Shown here: positions 48,934 through 60,739 of the stretch, piece by piece | How positions within the stretch are numbered: position 1 is the first letter of the stretch | Layout: every line of letters starts with the position of its first letter | From: Diplonema japonicum | Lineage: Eukaryota; Protista; Euglenozoa: Diplonemea | DNA: 64,000 nucleotides | Direction: 5' to 3' | Assembly (NCBI GenBank): GCA_964019335.1 | Contig: OZ025738.1 | Coordinates: 186,001-250,000 of the forward strand | Translations under genes and position numbers: made by a program | Notes under the pieces: model-generated | Told to the model about the DNA's origin: nothing | What the model saw: only the letters and a program-made list of their open reading frames with translations | The model's database searches: none

Positions 48934-50151
48934 CTAAACACCGACTTTTCTTTTTAAATGCAAGTCGACAGTTTCTACTTTTACGCACCCCTCCAAGAAG
49001 CGATCACCAATAGAAGAAAGATTGGTCAACGTATTCAAGTCGACAGTTTCTACTTTTACGCACCCTTCCAAGAAGCCATTACCAATGGAAGAAAGATTGG
49101 TCATCGCATTCAAGTTGATGGTTTCTAGTTTTACGCACCCAAACAAGAAGCCATTACCAATGGAAGAAAGATTGGTCATCGCATTCAAGTTGATGGTTTC
49201 TAGTTTTACGCACCCAAACAAGAAGCCATTACCAATGGAAGAAAGATTGGTCATCGCATTCAAGTTGATGGTTTCTAGTTTTTCGCACCTAAACAAGAAG
49301 CCATTACCAATGGAAGAAAGATTGGTCATCGCATTCAAGTTGATGGTTTCTAATTTTACGCACCCATGCAAGAAGTAATTACCAATTGAAGAAAGATTGG
49401 TCATCGCATTCAAGTTGATGGTTTCTAGTTTTACACACCCTTCCAAGAAGTAATCATCAATGGAAGAAAGATTGGTCATCGCATTCAAATCGATGGTTTC
49501 TAGTTTTTCGCACCCAGACAAGAAGTTATGACCAATGGAAGAAAGATTGGTCATCGCATTCAAGTTGATGGTTTCTAGATTTTCGCACTCATTTAAAAGA
49601 TTTTCATCAATGGTGGAAACATTGGGGAGGATGAGATCAACAGACGTCAGGTGGTCGCACTCTTCAAGAAACCTAGAGCCTATACTTGTAACACAGCCTG
49701 TGGAGTCGGTGACAACGAGGAACCGAAGTCCAGAAGGAAGGTCCGCCGTCTTCATGGACAAGACTTCGACAGCTGGCGAGTTCCCCACCTCCACCACAAG
49801 AACCAGCTCAGGGTCAGCTGTCACAAGCTCCTCAAGCTCTGAAACCACTTCTGAGCTCTCAAGCTCCTCCAGCTGAACGGTTCTCATCTTCTTCGCCTCC
49901 ACATGGACCACGGAGCCCTCCACGAGCCCGAGTTCCTGGATATCTTCACCCCCGTTCCTGTCCAGGACCTCACCCTCCCAAACTAGTTCGAACTTGCCTT
50001 CGAGTAAACCAGCAGCACACCCCGCCTTCTTGTACAGGATCCCCACCGTCTCCTTCCCCGACACTTCCACATCGTGAACCCCGCCTCCCGTCTTCACGAA
50101 CACTGTCATATCATTCACCTCTTCACCTGATCCCTCTCTCTTTCCATTCAT
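48934..50151 (-). CDS. Ubiquitin-like + LRR protein with near-identical 66-nt repeats; family C-terminus replaced
   Basis: Open ORF; LNAMTNLSSIG.. repeated about 9 times. Confidence 0.85.
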   Translation of the reverse strand: MNGKREGSGEEVNDMTVFVKTGGGVHDVEVSGKETVGILYKKAGCAAGLLEGKFELVWEGEVLDRNGGEDIQELGLVEGSVVHVEAKKMRTVQLEELESSEVVSELEELVTADPELVLVVEVGNSPAVEVLSMKTADLPSGLRFLVVTDSTGCVTSIGSRFLEECDHLTSVDLILPNVSTIDENLLNECENLETINLNAMTNLSSIGHNFLSGCEKLETIDLNAMTNLSSIDDYFLEGCVKLETINLNAMTNLSSIGNYFLHGCVKLETINLNAMTNLSSIGNGFLFRCEKLETINLNAMTNLSSIGNGFLFGCVKLETINLNAMTNLSSIGNGFLFGCVKLETINLNAMTNLSSIGNGFLEGCVKVETVDLNTLTNLSSIGDRFLEGCVKVETVDLHLKRKVGV

Positions 50152-50471
50152 GTTCTTTTGGGTTCGTTTTTTATTCTTTTTTTCTAATGTATTTTCCCTG
50201 TGTGCTTTGTCTCGAAGGCTGCAGGAGTCAAATGAAGAAGAAGAACCTCTAGAAAAGAAAAAAACCTACTGTGAAACGAACATCTTCAAGAAAAAGGTGA
50301 CGAATAACTATTTATTAAACTCAAAGTACAGGACAAGCCCCCGCTAGAGGGCCGCCCTATGGGAGAGGGGGGTCTATCTGTTAATACTCCCCTTCTGGAG
50401 CATTGCTTTCATCCAGATCGAGGCTGTGAGCGTCTTGCAAAGTCGAGTGATGCGATCCCGCTTGTAGGCGG

Positions 50472-53400
50472 CTGAATGATTTTAATTTAGAGTAGAGAAG
50501 CGAAAAAATGGGTAAAAAGGGGTGGAAAAGAGTAAAAACTGCATACGAAAACAGAGAGTCGAATAAAAAAGGGGAAAAAAGTGACTGACATCCTCAAGAG
50601 GAGCCTCCCACGTACTAAGAATTAAGCAGAGGTTGCTTCCATGGCCCGTATCAGTCTAACGCCGGAAAGAATAATGAAAATAACGGAACGAAGTGAAGTA
50701 GGAAAAGAGAAAAGACGGCCTGGTCGCCAGGAAGTGCTGGTTCAGACGCGTCGGCGGACGCAGTTTAACGTCATACCCGGGACCGAAAACACATAGGAAA
50801 AGGAAAGAGCAGAAAGGGTAATAACAACAAGTTTAAAATTGGAAAGAAAATGGAAAGGGTGGAAACTAAATAATAGGGTGCGAGGTCTGTGAAACCTTGC
50901 ATAGCCTATCGCCTCGTAGCACGCCGGGCCGGCACTCCTACAATGTGTAGGGTTGTTTCCGATTGTTCCTAGTTGTAGGAATGCAGGACAGTCGACCACT
51001 GCGACTCGTTGTAATAGAGGGTCCCGGCCCCTACAAAGTCAGCGAGCAGGGCTGCCACGGTCGAGTAGGACTTGTCCCCGAACCCCTGGGTTTGCAGCAG
51101 AAAGCCCTGTTCCTGGCGGGATGCGTAGTGCCACGTCGAGCCGTGACAGACCAGCAGGCACGGGATCACAACCCGTGTGTCGGGGGGGACCGCGACCAGG
51201 GGGGCCTCACCCAAGAAGTGAGTGCACGCCCTGGACATGCAATTGGGGTCAAAATTGGCCTCGCCCTTGGAAAGAAAGCCCAGATGCCGAAGCTCATCCA
51301 GGTCCTCAGGGCCGTCGACGCCTGCATCCTTGGTGAGCCTCCGAAGGGCGACGAGCCCAGTGATCCTGGTTTTCGGCCGCGTCGCTGCGAGATCTCGCTT
51401 GGCCGCGGGGAGTGCGGGACCGTCCTCGGGCTCCGGGCGTTTGTTCCTCTGTGCGTTGTAGGTGATCAGGAGAGGGGTTTTCCCCGAAGGTCTAGCTTTA
51501 TCGCCTCCTGGGGTCTCGGAGTCAAAGAGCGGGTGCTTCCATCCACCTTGGGCGAACGACCACCACTGTTGCTGCACCGGGGTGTTCGGTCCCGAGTGCC
51601 ACTCGTGAGACAGCCGGAGACGCTCGGACTCAGGCAGTGCGTTGTGCGCAGTCACAAGTAGTTGCTCTTGGTTGGCGACAGTCACTTGTTGGTCGGTAGT
51701 TCTGACCGCGTCACGAGCCTCGAGCAGCAGTTGATGTGGAGGGGTGTCCAGGTGCTTCGGGAGGGACCCGACCGCCAGGATCCGTCTCTGGTGTTCGTCC
51801 AAGAGCTCCGGTCGTTGTCGGAAGTAGACCAAGAGACTGAGGTAGCGGTCCATCCGTCTCTGGAGGAGCCTTTCGGTCGAGGGCATCCTGGTCAAGGCCC
51901 TGGGACTGCTCGCGAAGGATGAGAAGCCCTTCGTCGTCGGTGGATGTAGAACTCTTACCACGACGGCTTTCGTGCTCGTATGCAGTGCCGTCGTGCTTCT
52001 TCTTACGCGAGGGTTTGTCCGGGGAGTCCTGCGTGAGGTCGATCACCTCTGGGGCCCCACTTGTTTGAGGAGGGTCAAGGGGGGGCAACTCTCTCGGTTC
52101 GGGCAACGGGCGCCTCCAGGGTCAGTGTTTGGACGCCGACCGCCGGTTGGAGTGTCGCGTGTCCCATGCCGGGAGGCATCGGCGTGTCAATCCCGAGCCC
52201 GATGTCCTGATGGGCGGACTGGGTGCATACCGTAAGCTGGGCGGCCCCAGGGACCGTCACTAGGGCTCCAATCGTCTGGTGGATGCCCAGGGGGCCCCCT
52301 GCCGAATCGGGCGTCGTCGCCTCGACTCGGACTAGAGATGGCTCCGCAGCCGACGTCGATTCCCTCTGGGTGCTAATAACCGGTTGGAGTGTCGCGTGTC
52401 CCATGCCAGACGGCATCGGTGTGTCAAACCCGTGCCCGGTGCAGACCGCGAGCTCAGAGGGTGCCACGCTCGTTGATGGCGGCTGGCACGGTGTCAACTG
52501 CGGCCCAGCATTCGTCCGTCTCAGCAGAGTCACGCGGGGTGTAGAGGCTGCAAGCGATCGCGGTTCTGTAGCCTCCGAAACCGGCCTGGCCGAGGTCGCA
52601 GGCGTCCTCAGTTCTATGGACCTTGTGAATAGCCTGACCTCTGGTGAAACGGGTGTCTGCAGTTCTGCCGACTTCGTGAAAAGCTTGATCGGCGCGGCCA
52701 CGGGCGTCCTCAATTTCGCGTATATTGGGGACAGCTTGCTACTAAGAGGGGATGTCTGGAGGGCTACGGAAGACGAGAACAGCACAGGTGTTGCGGTCGG
52801 GTCCGTCTGACAGGCTGCGACTGCTATCTGTGGCGCAGACTTCCGCAAACTTGCGACCTTCGGGAAAAGTGGGATCGTTCCAACTAAGTCTGTCTGGCTC
52901 GCCGCAGATGTGGTGGCGACAGAGCATCCGGTGTGCACAGCCCGGGCGGCCACAGCGGCAACTAGGGTCACGAAGGTTATGGCGACGGGACGCTCGATGT
53001 GAGCGGTGTGTGTAGTCATAGATGGAGCGGCGGCTGTCGTGTCAGACCACGTGCGAAGCCGTGGTACATCTTCTGAATCTCTTGCATTGTAGAGAAGGGG
53101 ATGCGGTCTACCCCGGCATACTCTGCCAACCAGTTTATGACGGCCCAACCGCATTCCAGGCCCCAACGACCCTCCCCACTTTTGTTGTGCAGGTCGATGG
53201 GGGGCGCAAACACCTGATCCGCGGCATCGGATGGTGAGACCACGGAGGCTGCTCGGGGTAGTGTCCGTCCAGCTAAACCTGAAGAGCTATCCGAGGAGCT
53301 GCCTGAGGAACCACCAAAGGGCTTGCCTGAGGGGCCGTCCGTGGAGTCGCCTGAGGAACCAGCCGAGGGGTTGTCCGGGATGCGGATCCCGATAAAGGGG

Positions 53401-53760
53401 ACGTCGCACGAGTCGGATGAGGTCTTTACATATGCCATGCCGTAGAGATCCTCTGGAGGTGGCGCAGTGCTCCACAACAGGAAGTCGTCGATGTAGCGAC
53501 ACGCGTTGCAGAAGCGCTTCAAGGTCTCCCAGTCCTCTTCGGCAAGGAGTTTGTCGATGTACGCGGCCTCCACGGCGTAGCAGAACAGGTTCGCCAGGTC
53601 CGGGGAGGCATTCCCGCCCATGGGAATGCCTTTTACTTGACGAACAGCACGGCGTAGTCTATCCTCGATGCACAGTTCTTCCGAGTGAAGGTTGGCATCG
53701 GGTCTTCCTCCTTTCCCGCGTGCGCATGCTCCTGCCGCATCAGTCCATCCGTTCACCAGC
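50472..53760 (-). mobile_element. Penelope-like retroelement family 2, internally deleted and frameshifted
   Basis: RT motifs GIPMGGNASPDLANLF, RYIDD and PFIG (53016-53756); low-complexity linker; EVIDLT; C-terminal domain homologous to family 1; 3' UTR repeated throughout the window. Confidence 0.8.
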
Positions 53761-54319
53761 GCGTGACGTAGCTCATACGATATCTTTTCTCGTCCGTGTT
53801 GAGGTCGCCATTAATACCCCCCAAAAAAATAAAACACATGGAACTCGTCCGTAACCAGGGCTAGTGCCGCCCCGCTTCGACGCGGGGTCTCGACTCTCCT
53901 TTATTCTCCTCCCCCAGATCGTCACCAACATTTCGTGTTTTGTCGTCTGATGGGTGCCCCGTGGAGGCGTCCGCACTGGTCTGATTCATTTCTTAAAGGT
54001 TCATTATTTCTTTTTTTCGTGTATCAGTCCACCCACCTTTTCTTTTTTTTTTTTTTTTTTTTTTTGAAAGTCTAAGAACGACAAAAGGGTTCAAGACTGA
54101 AACTCGAGAGGAAAGGAATGTGAGTAGCTCACCCTAAAGTCTAAAAACAACAAAAGGAGCGCCCCTCGTGAAGCTATTAAACTATGATGAGGTGGGAGGA
54201 AAACGAGAATGAATGGGGATGGGGATGAAACTACGGGGGAGCCGGGATGGTCAGGACTTACTTTACAGGTCGAAGTGCTTCGCCCTGGACGCTTTTCGCC
54301 CCTTTTTTTTAAAAAGAAA

Positions 54320-54640
54320 GAAGAATATATATGAGTTAAAGGAAGTCTTTGTGAGACGCCCCCTTGTTCTCATGCTCTACCTGCACCTATCCCCCTTCAG
54401 CAGCGGTTTCTCCTTCTTCGGTGGTCGTGCCGGCCTCCTCCCCAGCTTGGCTACTTTTTCCCTTCTTTCCTTTGCCCATTGCTTCCCCAGCTCCTCCAGG
54501 TCGTACTTGGTCTTCGTTGATGCAAAGATTGCTCTTCTACTCCACCCGATCACCGCCTTCGTCCCTCCGATTGATCGCAGCGTATGTACTCTCTTGCATG
54601 GTTCAGCTGGGAAGGCCCTCCTTCCTTTCACCTTCTTCTG
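54320..54640 (-). mobile_element. 3' fragment of a non-LTR retrotransposon
   Basis: Near copy of 10540-10860. Confidence 0.75.
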
Positions 54641-54962
54641 CAGTAGTCAAAGAAGAATAAAATCAATTTGCTTCGACAAACGCCCACACTTCTATTCTTT
54701 TTGTATTCTTTTTTATCCGTACCTAACTTGCATCACACTGTCTTACATTAGGGAAATGGGTGGGTTTTGGGGGGTTATGGTTGATCACAGGTGCTTCAGC
54801 TGTGTAAAACGAAAAAGAAGGGGAAATGATTACCAGAAAAGAAGAAGAAGAAAAAAAAAAAAGAAGAAATACCGAGAGTATTGAAGAGAGTCGCGAAAAA
54901 TACTTTAACTGTGGCAGTATTTTTCTTTTGTGCTACAGTCGCGAAAATGTTCTCATCCTTTT

Positions 54963-56256
54963 TTATAATTTCTGTATACTTACCCCCGATGGCACCTTAG
55001 CCTCGAAGAGCTTGTTAAGATTTTCAGTGCCTCCTCTCAAAACGATGGTTTTTAGTCCTTTGCACTCAGATAAGAAGTAATCACCAATGGAAGAAAAATC
55101 CATCACATTCAAGTCTATGGTTTCTAGTGTTTTGCACCCTAACAAGAAGCCATCACCAATGGAAGAAAGATTGGTCATTGAACTTAAGTCGATAGTTTCT
55201 AGCTTGTTGCAGTAAGACAAGAACCATGACCTATGGAATAAAGATTGGTCATCGAACTCAAGTTGATGGTTTTTAGTTCGTGCACTGAGACAAGAAGTCA
55301 TCACCAAGAGAAGAAAGACTGATCGTTGAACTCAAGTCAATGGTTTTTAGTCTGTAGCACTGAGACAAGAAACCATCACCAATGGAAGATAGATTGGTCA
55401 TCGAACTCAAGTTGATGGTTTCTAGTTCGTTGCAGGAAGACAAGAAGCCATTACCAATAGAAGAAAGACTGATCGTTGAACTCAAGTCGAAGGATTTTAG
55501 TCTGCTGCAGTAAGACAAGAAACCATCACCAATTGAAGATAGGTTGGTCATCGAACTCAAATTGATGGTTTCTAGTTCGTAGCAGTGAGACAAGAAGCCA
55601 TCACCAAGAGCAGAAAGACTGATCGTTGAACTCAAGTCAATGGTTTTTAGTCCGCAACCAGACAAGAAACCACGACCAATGGAAGATAGATTGGTCATCG
55701 AACTCAAGTTGATGGTTTCTAGTCTTTCGCACTTAAATAAAAAGTCATCACCAATGGTAGAAACATTGGGGAGGATGAGTTCAACAGACGTCAGGTGGTC
55801 GCACACTGTAATAAACTCATCGTCTAAACTTGTAACACGGCCTGTGGAGTCGGTGACAACGAGGAACAGAAGTCCAGAAGGAAGGTCCGCCGTCTCCATG
55901 GACAAGACTGTAGAGTCCCCCACCTCCACCACAAGAACCAGCTCAGGGTCAGCTGACACAAGACCCTCAAGCTCAGAAACCACTCCTGAGTTCTCGTCCT
56001 TCAGCTCCTCCAGACGAACGGTTCTCATCTTCGCCTCCACATGGACCACGGAGCCCTCCACGAGCCCAACTTCCTGAAGCTCTTCACCACCTTTCTTGTC
56101 AAGGACCTCACCCTCCCAAACCAGTTTGAACTTGCCTTCGAGTAAGTTTGTGGCACAGGCCACCTTCTTGTACAGGCTCCCCACCGCCTCCTTCCCCGAC
56201 ACTTCCACATCGTGAACCCCGCCTCCCGTCTTCACGAACACTGTCATATCGTTCAT
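54963..56256 (-). pseudogene. Ubl-LRR gene with a frameshift near 55230-55300
   Basis: Two overlapping ORFs give a full family-type protein; could be a pseudogene or a sequencing error. Confidence 0.75.
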
Positions 56257-57459
56257 TTTCTTTTTTTTTGGTTGTGTTTCTGTTCTGTTAAAGGTGATTT
56301 TCAATCTTCAAAGGCAAATCAATAGGTGGCTGAAAATGATATAAAGTAAAAAAGTTGAAATAATAAAAAAGAATAAATATATGAGTTAAAAGGAAGTCTT
56401 TGTGAGACGCCCCTTGTTCTCATGCTCTATAAAAGTGACTGACATCCTCAAAGAGGAGCCTCCCACGTACCAGGAATCTTGGTGCGGGCTCCTATAAAGA
56501 AGTGAAAAGAAAAGACGAAAAAAAGAGACGCAAAAAACGCAAAAATGTGTGAAAAGAGAAAAGAAGCTTCAATAAACGGCCCGTATACTTACTTACTCCT
56601 GCAGGTATCTGAGCCTCTAAGAGCTTCTTAAAAGTTTCAGTGCCTCCTCTCAAAACGATGGTTTCTAGTTTTTCGAAAGATTCATCACATTCAGGTTTCG
56701 CATCCCAACAAAGAGCCATAACCAATAGAATAAATATTTGTTAGTGATCATCCCTGTCGTCGGAGGGTCCTCTTACCCACTACCTGCAAACACAAGGTCC
56801 GGACCAAAGCTTGGTTGGCTATTATGCGTTGCAATGCGGTTTCGTCCTGCCTCGTCGTGTCTTGCGGCCCTAGGGTACAAAGCCTCTTGTTAGTCCGCAG
56901 CCCGGTGTTTGGAAAGGGAGTCAACCACAATGCACAGGTAGGCATGGTCAGATTTGTTTGTGAGCAGATGAAAAAAAAGGGGGGGGGGTTTTTTTTGCAA
57001 GTTCCTTTTGGAAAATATTAGCGAAACATAACAAAAAGGGGTAAAAACCAAAACGGATTGTATCAGGAACTCATTTTTTGAAACTATGGAAAGAAACGTA
57101 AAAAAAGAGATGAGATAAAGGAGGTTCCTGTTTTGGAACGTCCCCCTTGTCTCTACTTATCTACCCCTTTCTCCCTTCTGGGGCCTCGGCCTTTCTTTCT
57201 TTTTTGGCTGTGTTGCCTTTCTCAAAGTATCCTCCCTTTCTTCTTGCCACTTTCTGCCCAGTTTCTTAAGGTCCTTCTTGGTTTTCTCTGATGCAAAAAC
57301 TGCCTTCTGTTCCATCCCAGACTCTTCTTCGCACCTATGGTTCTAAGCGCGTGGTTCTTCTTGCTCTCCGCTGGGAAGATCCGCTTGCCTCTGACCTTCT
57401 TCTGTATGCGTGCTGTGTCCCACCCTTCTTGGATTCTTTCCAGGAGGCCGTGGAAACTC

Positions 57460-60296
57460 CTTTGGTAAACGTTCTTCTTCTTTCAATCGATTGTTATATG
57501 TACTTATAAAATATAAAATATAGCGCGCATTCGACGACACTGATCAAGCGACTGGCACCTTCCGAAGAAGGGCCTCCCACGTCCGCCGGGTTGAGCAGAG
57601 GATGCCCCGGGGCGGCCGTTCCAGTCTGATCATGTCGCACTATAATATATGTTCTCATCTCCAAGGAGAAAAGAGGTTTTTTGCCCTCGTAGCTCGCCGG
57701 GCCAGCACTCTTACTTGCGTAAGGTCTTCGTGGTTCTTGGGGGGTGGCGCTGTCCCACATTATGCCACTGCAGCGTGGTGAAGAACAGCCAGTCAGTGGC
57801 CACGAAGTAGTGATCCTTCAAGGCTCTCATATCTCCGTGCCGCGTGAACTGCTGCCGTCTCTCGACGTCCCCCTTCGCCTTCCAGCCTTCCGAGTCATAC
57901 CTGGCCATGATCCACGTCTTGTCAAAGTCCAGGATGAGGGCGAACCGGACAAACTTCATGTGAATCCCGAGTTCCTTCGCGGTTTTAGGCTCTTCGCCGA
58001 GCACGTGTTTGCAGACCCGTATCATGGCTTCTGGCGTCCACTCCCCTTCCGCTTCGACGATCCCGGCCGTCGCCAGTTTCGTGTGGGAGAGCTTATCTTC
58101 CAGACCCGCTCGATGTTCTTCAGCCAGGGCGTGAACGGCGGCCTTGCCCGACCGTCGGTTCGCCCTGAGGAGGTCCAAGCGGTCTTTCTTCTTTGCGGGC
58201 TCCGCTTGTCCGTCGCACAACTGCCCGCGCTTCGCGCTCTTGGACCGCCATTTGACGAGCAGAGGTGGCTCTGGTGCACGATCTGTGCTGGTCCTTACCA
58301 GCTTGGTGTCGTGGCCAAGGTACACGTCCGGGCATGTGCCTCCCTTTCGCTTCTTCTTGTGGTGGCTTGCGAGGGGCGGGGCCGGGGCTGGGGCTTCGTC
58401 GCCGTCGTGGGTAGTGAGGCATGCCAGTTCCAGCTCCTCCGTCCGTGGCGCAGGTTCCGCCGTTTCCGATGGCGGGGTCGAGGTCGGGGCAGAGACTTTG
58501 TCGCCGTCGTCGCCAGTCAGGTCTATGACCACCCTTTCATTTCCTTGTGCCTCCTGTGGTGTAGGCTCTGTCTTTATCGATGTCGGGGTCGAGATTGGGG
58601 CAGAGGCCACGTCGTCGTCACCGGTCAGGTCTATGACCACCTTCAAATTTCTCTGTGCCTCATCGGTCCCCCGTGGGGCAGGTCTCGCTGATTGAGGATG
58701 GGGGTCGTCGTCTGTTTGCGTCGACTCTGTGGGTGGTGGCTCCAGCATGTACATGTCCCCCTGTGGGGGAGGAGGAGGTTCCGTCGCAGCAGTCAAATCC
58801 GCGGGTGGCTCCAGCATGTACATGTCTCTGCTGTGCTGTGTCAGCTCCGGCATGTACAGGTCGTCTGTAGCCGACAGACCGGCCAGGGGTGAGAATCGTT
58901 CTGGGGTGCGAGGGAAACACGCGATCGTTGCGCTGTGCGCGCGTCTCGGTTGTGATCCGGGGCTTGACGTGCGACCTCTCGTGATGCCCCCACGACCTCG
59001 TTGGTGCCCCGGGACATCGGTCCACAGCAGACTCTGATGGACAGTCGTCGTTATCCGCGTAAAAGAAGAAGAAGCAGAAAAAGAAGGAGGAGAAGTAGAA
59101 GTGCCCCGTCCTGACGCAGTCCTGCTACTGCTTTGCATCTGTCGTTGCGACATCGTCGTCAGAGCTAACGGCACCTAGGGCTTCGCTGTCGTCAAGAGGG
59201 GTGGTGGGGCGACCGCCTCCGTTGAGGGCTCGGGTTGCACCCATGTCGTCGATCCGTGCTGCCCTAGAGGTTCAGACAGGTCCATCTGCACGGGGACTGG
59301 GTCTGTAACGGGGAGGGCATCAGCTTCGGGTAACGGGTCCGAGGCGAGGACCGGGTCAGACGCGGGGACCGGGTCTCTGGTGGAGGCTGCGCCTGATGTA
59401 GGAACCGGGTCTGCGGAGGGGATCGGACTAGAAGCGTGGACCGGGCCTGTGGTGGGGACTGCGTCCGTGACAGAGATCGGGCCAGGCGAACTGACTAGGT
59501 CCGTGGCGTAGACTGGGCCAGTTGTGGGCACTGGGTCGTCATGGACTATCGAGACCGGGCCAGATGCGGGGACCGGATCCGTGACGGGGACCGGGTCAAC
59601 AATCGGGCTATTTGCGGGGACCGGGTCAGCGACTGGGCTGACCGGGTCTGTGATGGGGGCCGTGTCTCCAACCGGGTTGGTTGTGGGGGCCGGGTCCGTG
59701 ACAGGGACCGGGTTAGCTGCGGGGACCGGGTCAGCGACTGGGCTGGTTGCGGGGACTGGATCTGTGGCAGGGGCCGTGTCTGCGACCGGGTTAGCCGTGG
59801 AGACCGGGTCTGTGGTGAGGACCGGGTCAGCGACTGGGTTACTTGCAGGGACCGGGTCAATGACCAAGCTGGTTTCGGGGATCGCGTCTGTGATGTGGGT
59901 CGTGTCTGCGACCGGGCCAGATGCGGGGACCGGGTCCGTGACGGGGACCGGGTCAGCGACTGGGCTGGTTGTGGGGACCGGGTCTGCGACGGGGGCCGTG
60001 TCTGTGACTGGGTTAGCTCGGGTCGGGTCCGTGACGAGGGCCGGGTCCGTGATCGGGCTAGCTGCGGTAACTGGGTCTGTGATGAGGACCGGGTCAGCGA
60101 TTGGGCTAGTCGCGGGGACCGGGTTCGTGACGGGGGCCGTGTCCGCGACCGGTTTAGTCGCGGGGACCAGTCCGCGACCGGATTAGCCGTTGGGGCCGGG
60201 TCCGTGACGGAGACCGGGCCAGATGTATGGACCGGGTCTGCAACGGGGGTCGGGTCAATGCTGTGGACCGGATTAGCGTCTGAGTCCGGACCAGGT
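57460..60296 (-). mobile_element. Second 5'-truncated copy of PLE family 1
   Basis: Near-identical reverse complement of ~42857-45674, with the same 3' end (...GAACGTTTACCAAA). Confidence 0.9.
57550..57626 (-). ncRNA. Structured RNA motif, type 1 (PLE family 1 3' region)
   Basis: GACUGG/CCAGUC stem, a hairpin with loop UCCUC, a GGGAGG junction and a CCUUC-UUCG-GAAGG hairpin. Deleted copy at 45539-45586 (+); truncated copy at 10008-10066. Confidence 0.75.
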
Positions 60297-60739
60297 GACC
60301 GTTGCCATCTCTTGTGCCTGCTGCCCGCTCATTTTCTTGTCGTTTGTGTCCCACCCAGCCTTTTTTTTTTTTTTTTTTGATTTTTTTTTTTTTTTTTTTT
60401 AGAATAAGATCTGTTGGTAAAGGTGGTGGTTTTAGAAAGATGGGGGGGGGGGGAGAAAAGAAGATGTAGATCTCTTAATTATTTCCCTTTCAAGAAAAAA
60501 AAAAAATTCTTTGTTTTCTTTCTTTGTGTTTCTGTTCTGTTATTGGCGATTTTCAAATCAATAGGTGGCTGAAGTGATTAAGGAAAAAAAAGAGGAAAAG
60601 AAAACAAAAAAAAAGTAAAAGTGGAAGAAAAGAGAGCTCAGACTGCTGTGAACGGGAGAAAGCACGAAGAACGAATAGAAAAGCGTGCTAGATTTCATAG
60701 ATATCATCTTCCTTCGCACAACAAGTCTTCTTTTTTATT

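Noticed and set aside
41125-50151. Diversity-generating retroelement (RT near variable LRR genes)
   Set aside because: The RT is Penelope-like and inserted with a TSD; no template/variable repeat pair with adenine-specific differences was seen
56836-56870. Second hammerhead (GACGAAACC on the minus strand)
   Set aside because: No CUGANGA core and no stem II pairing
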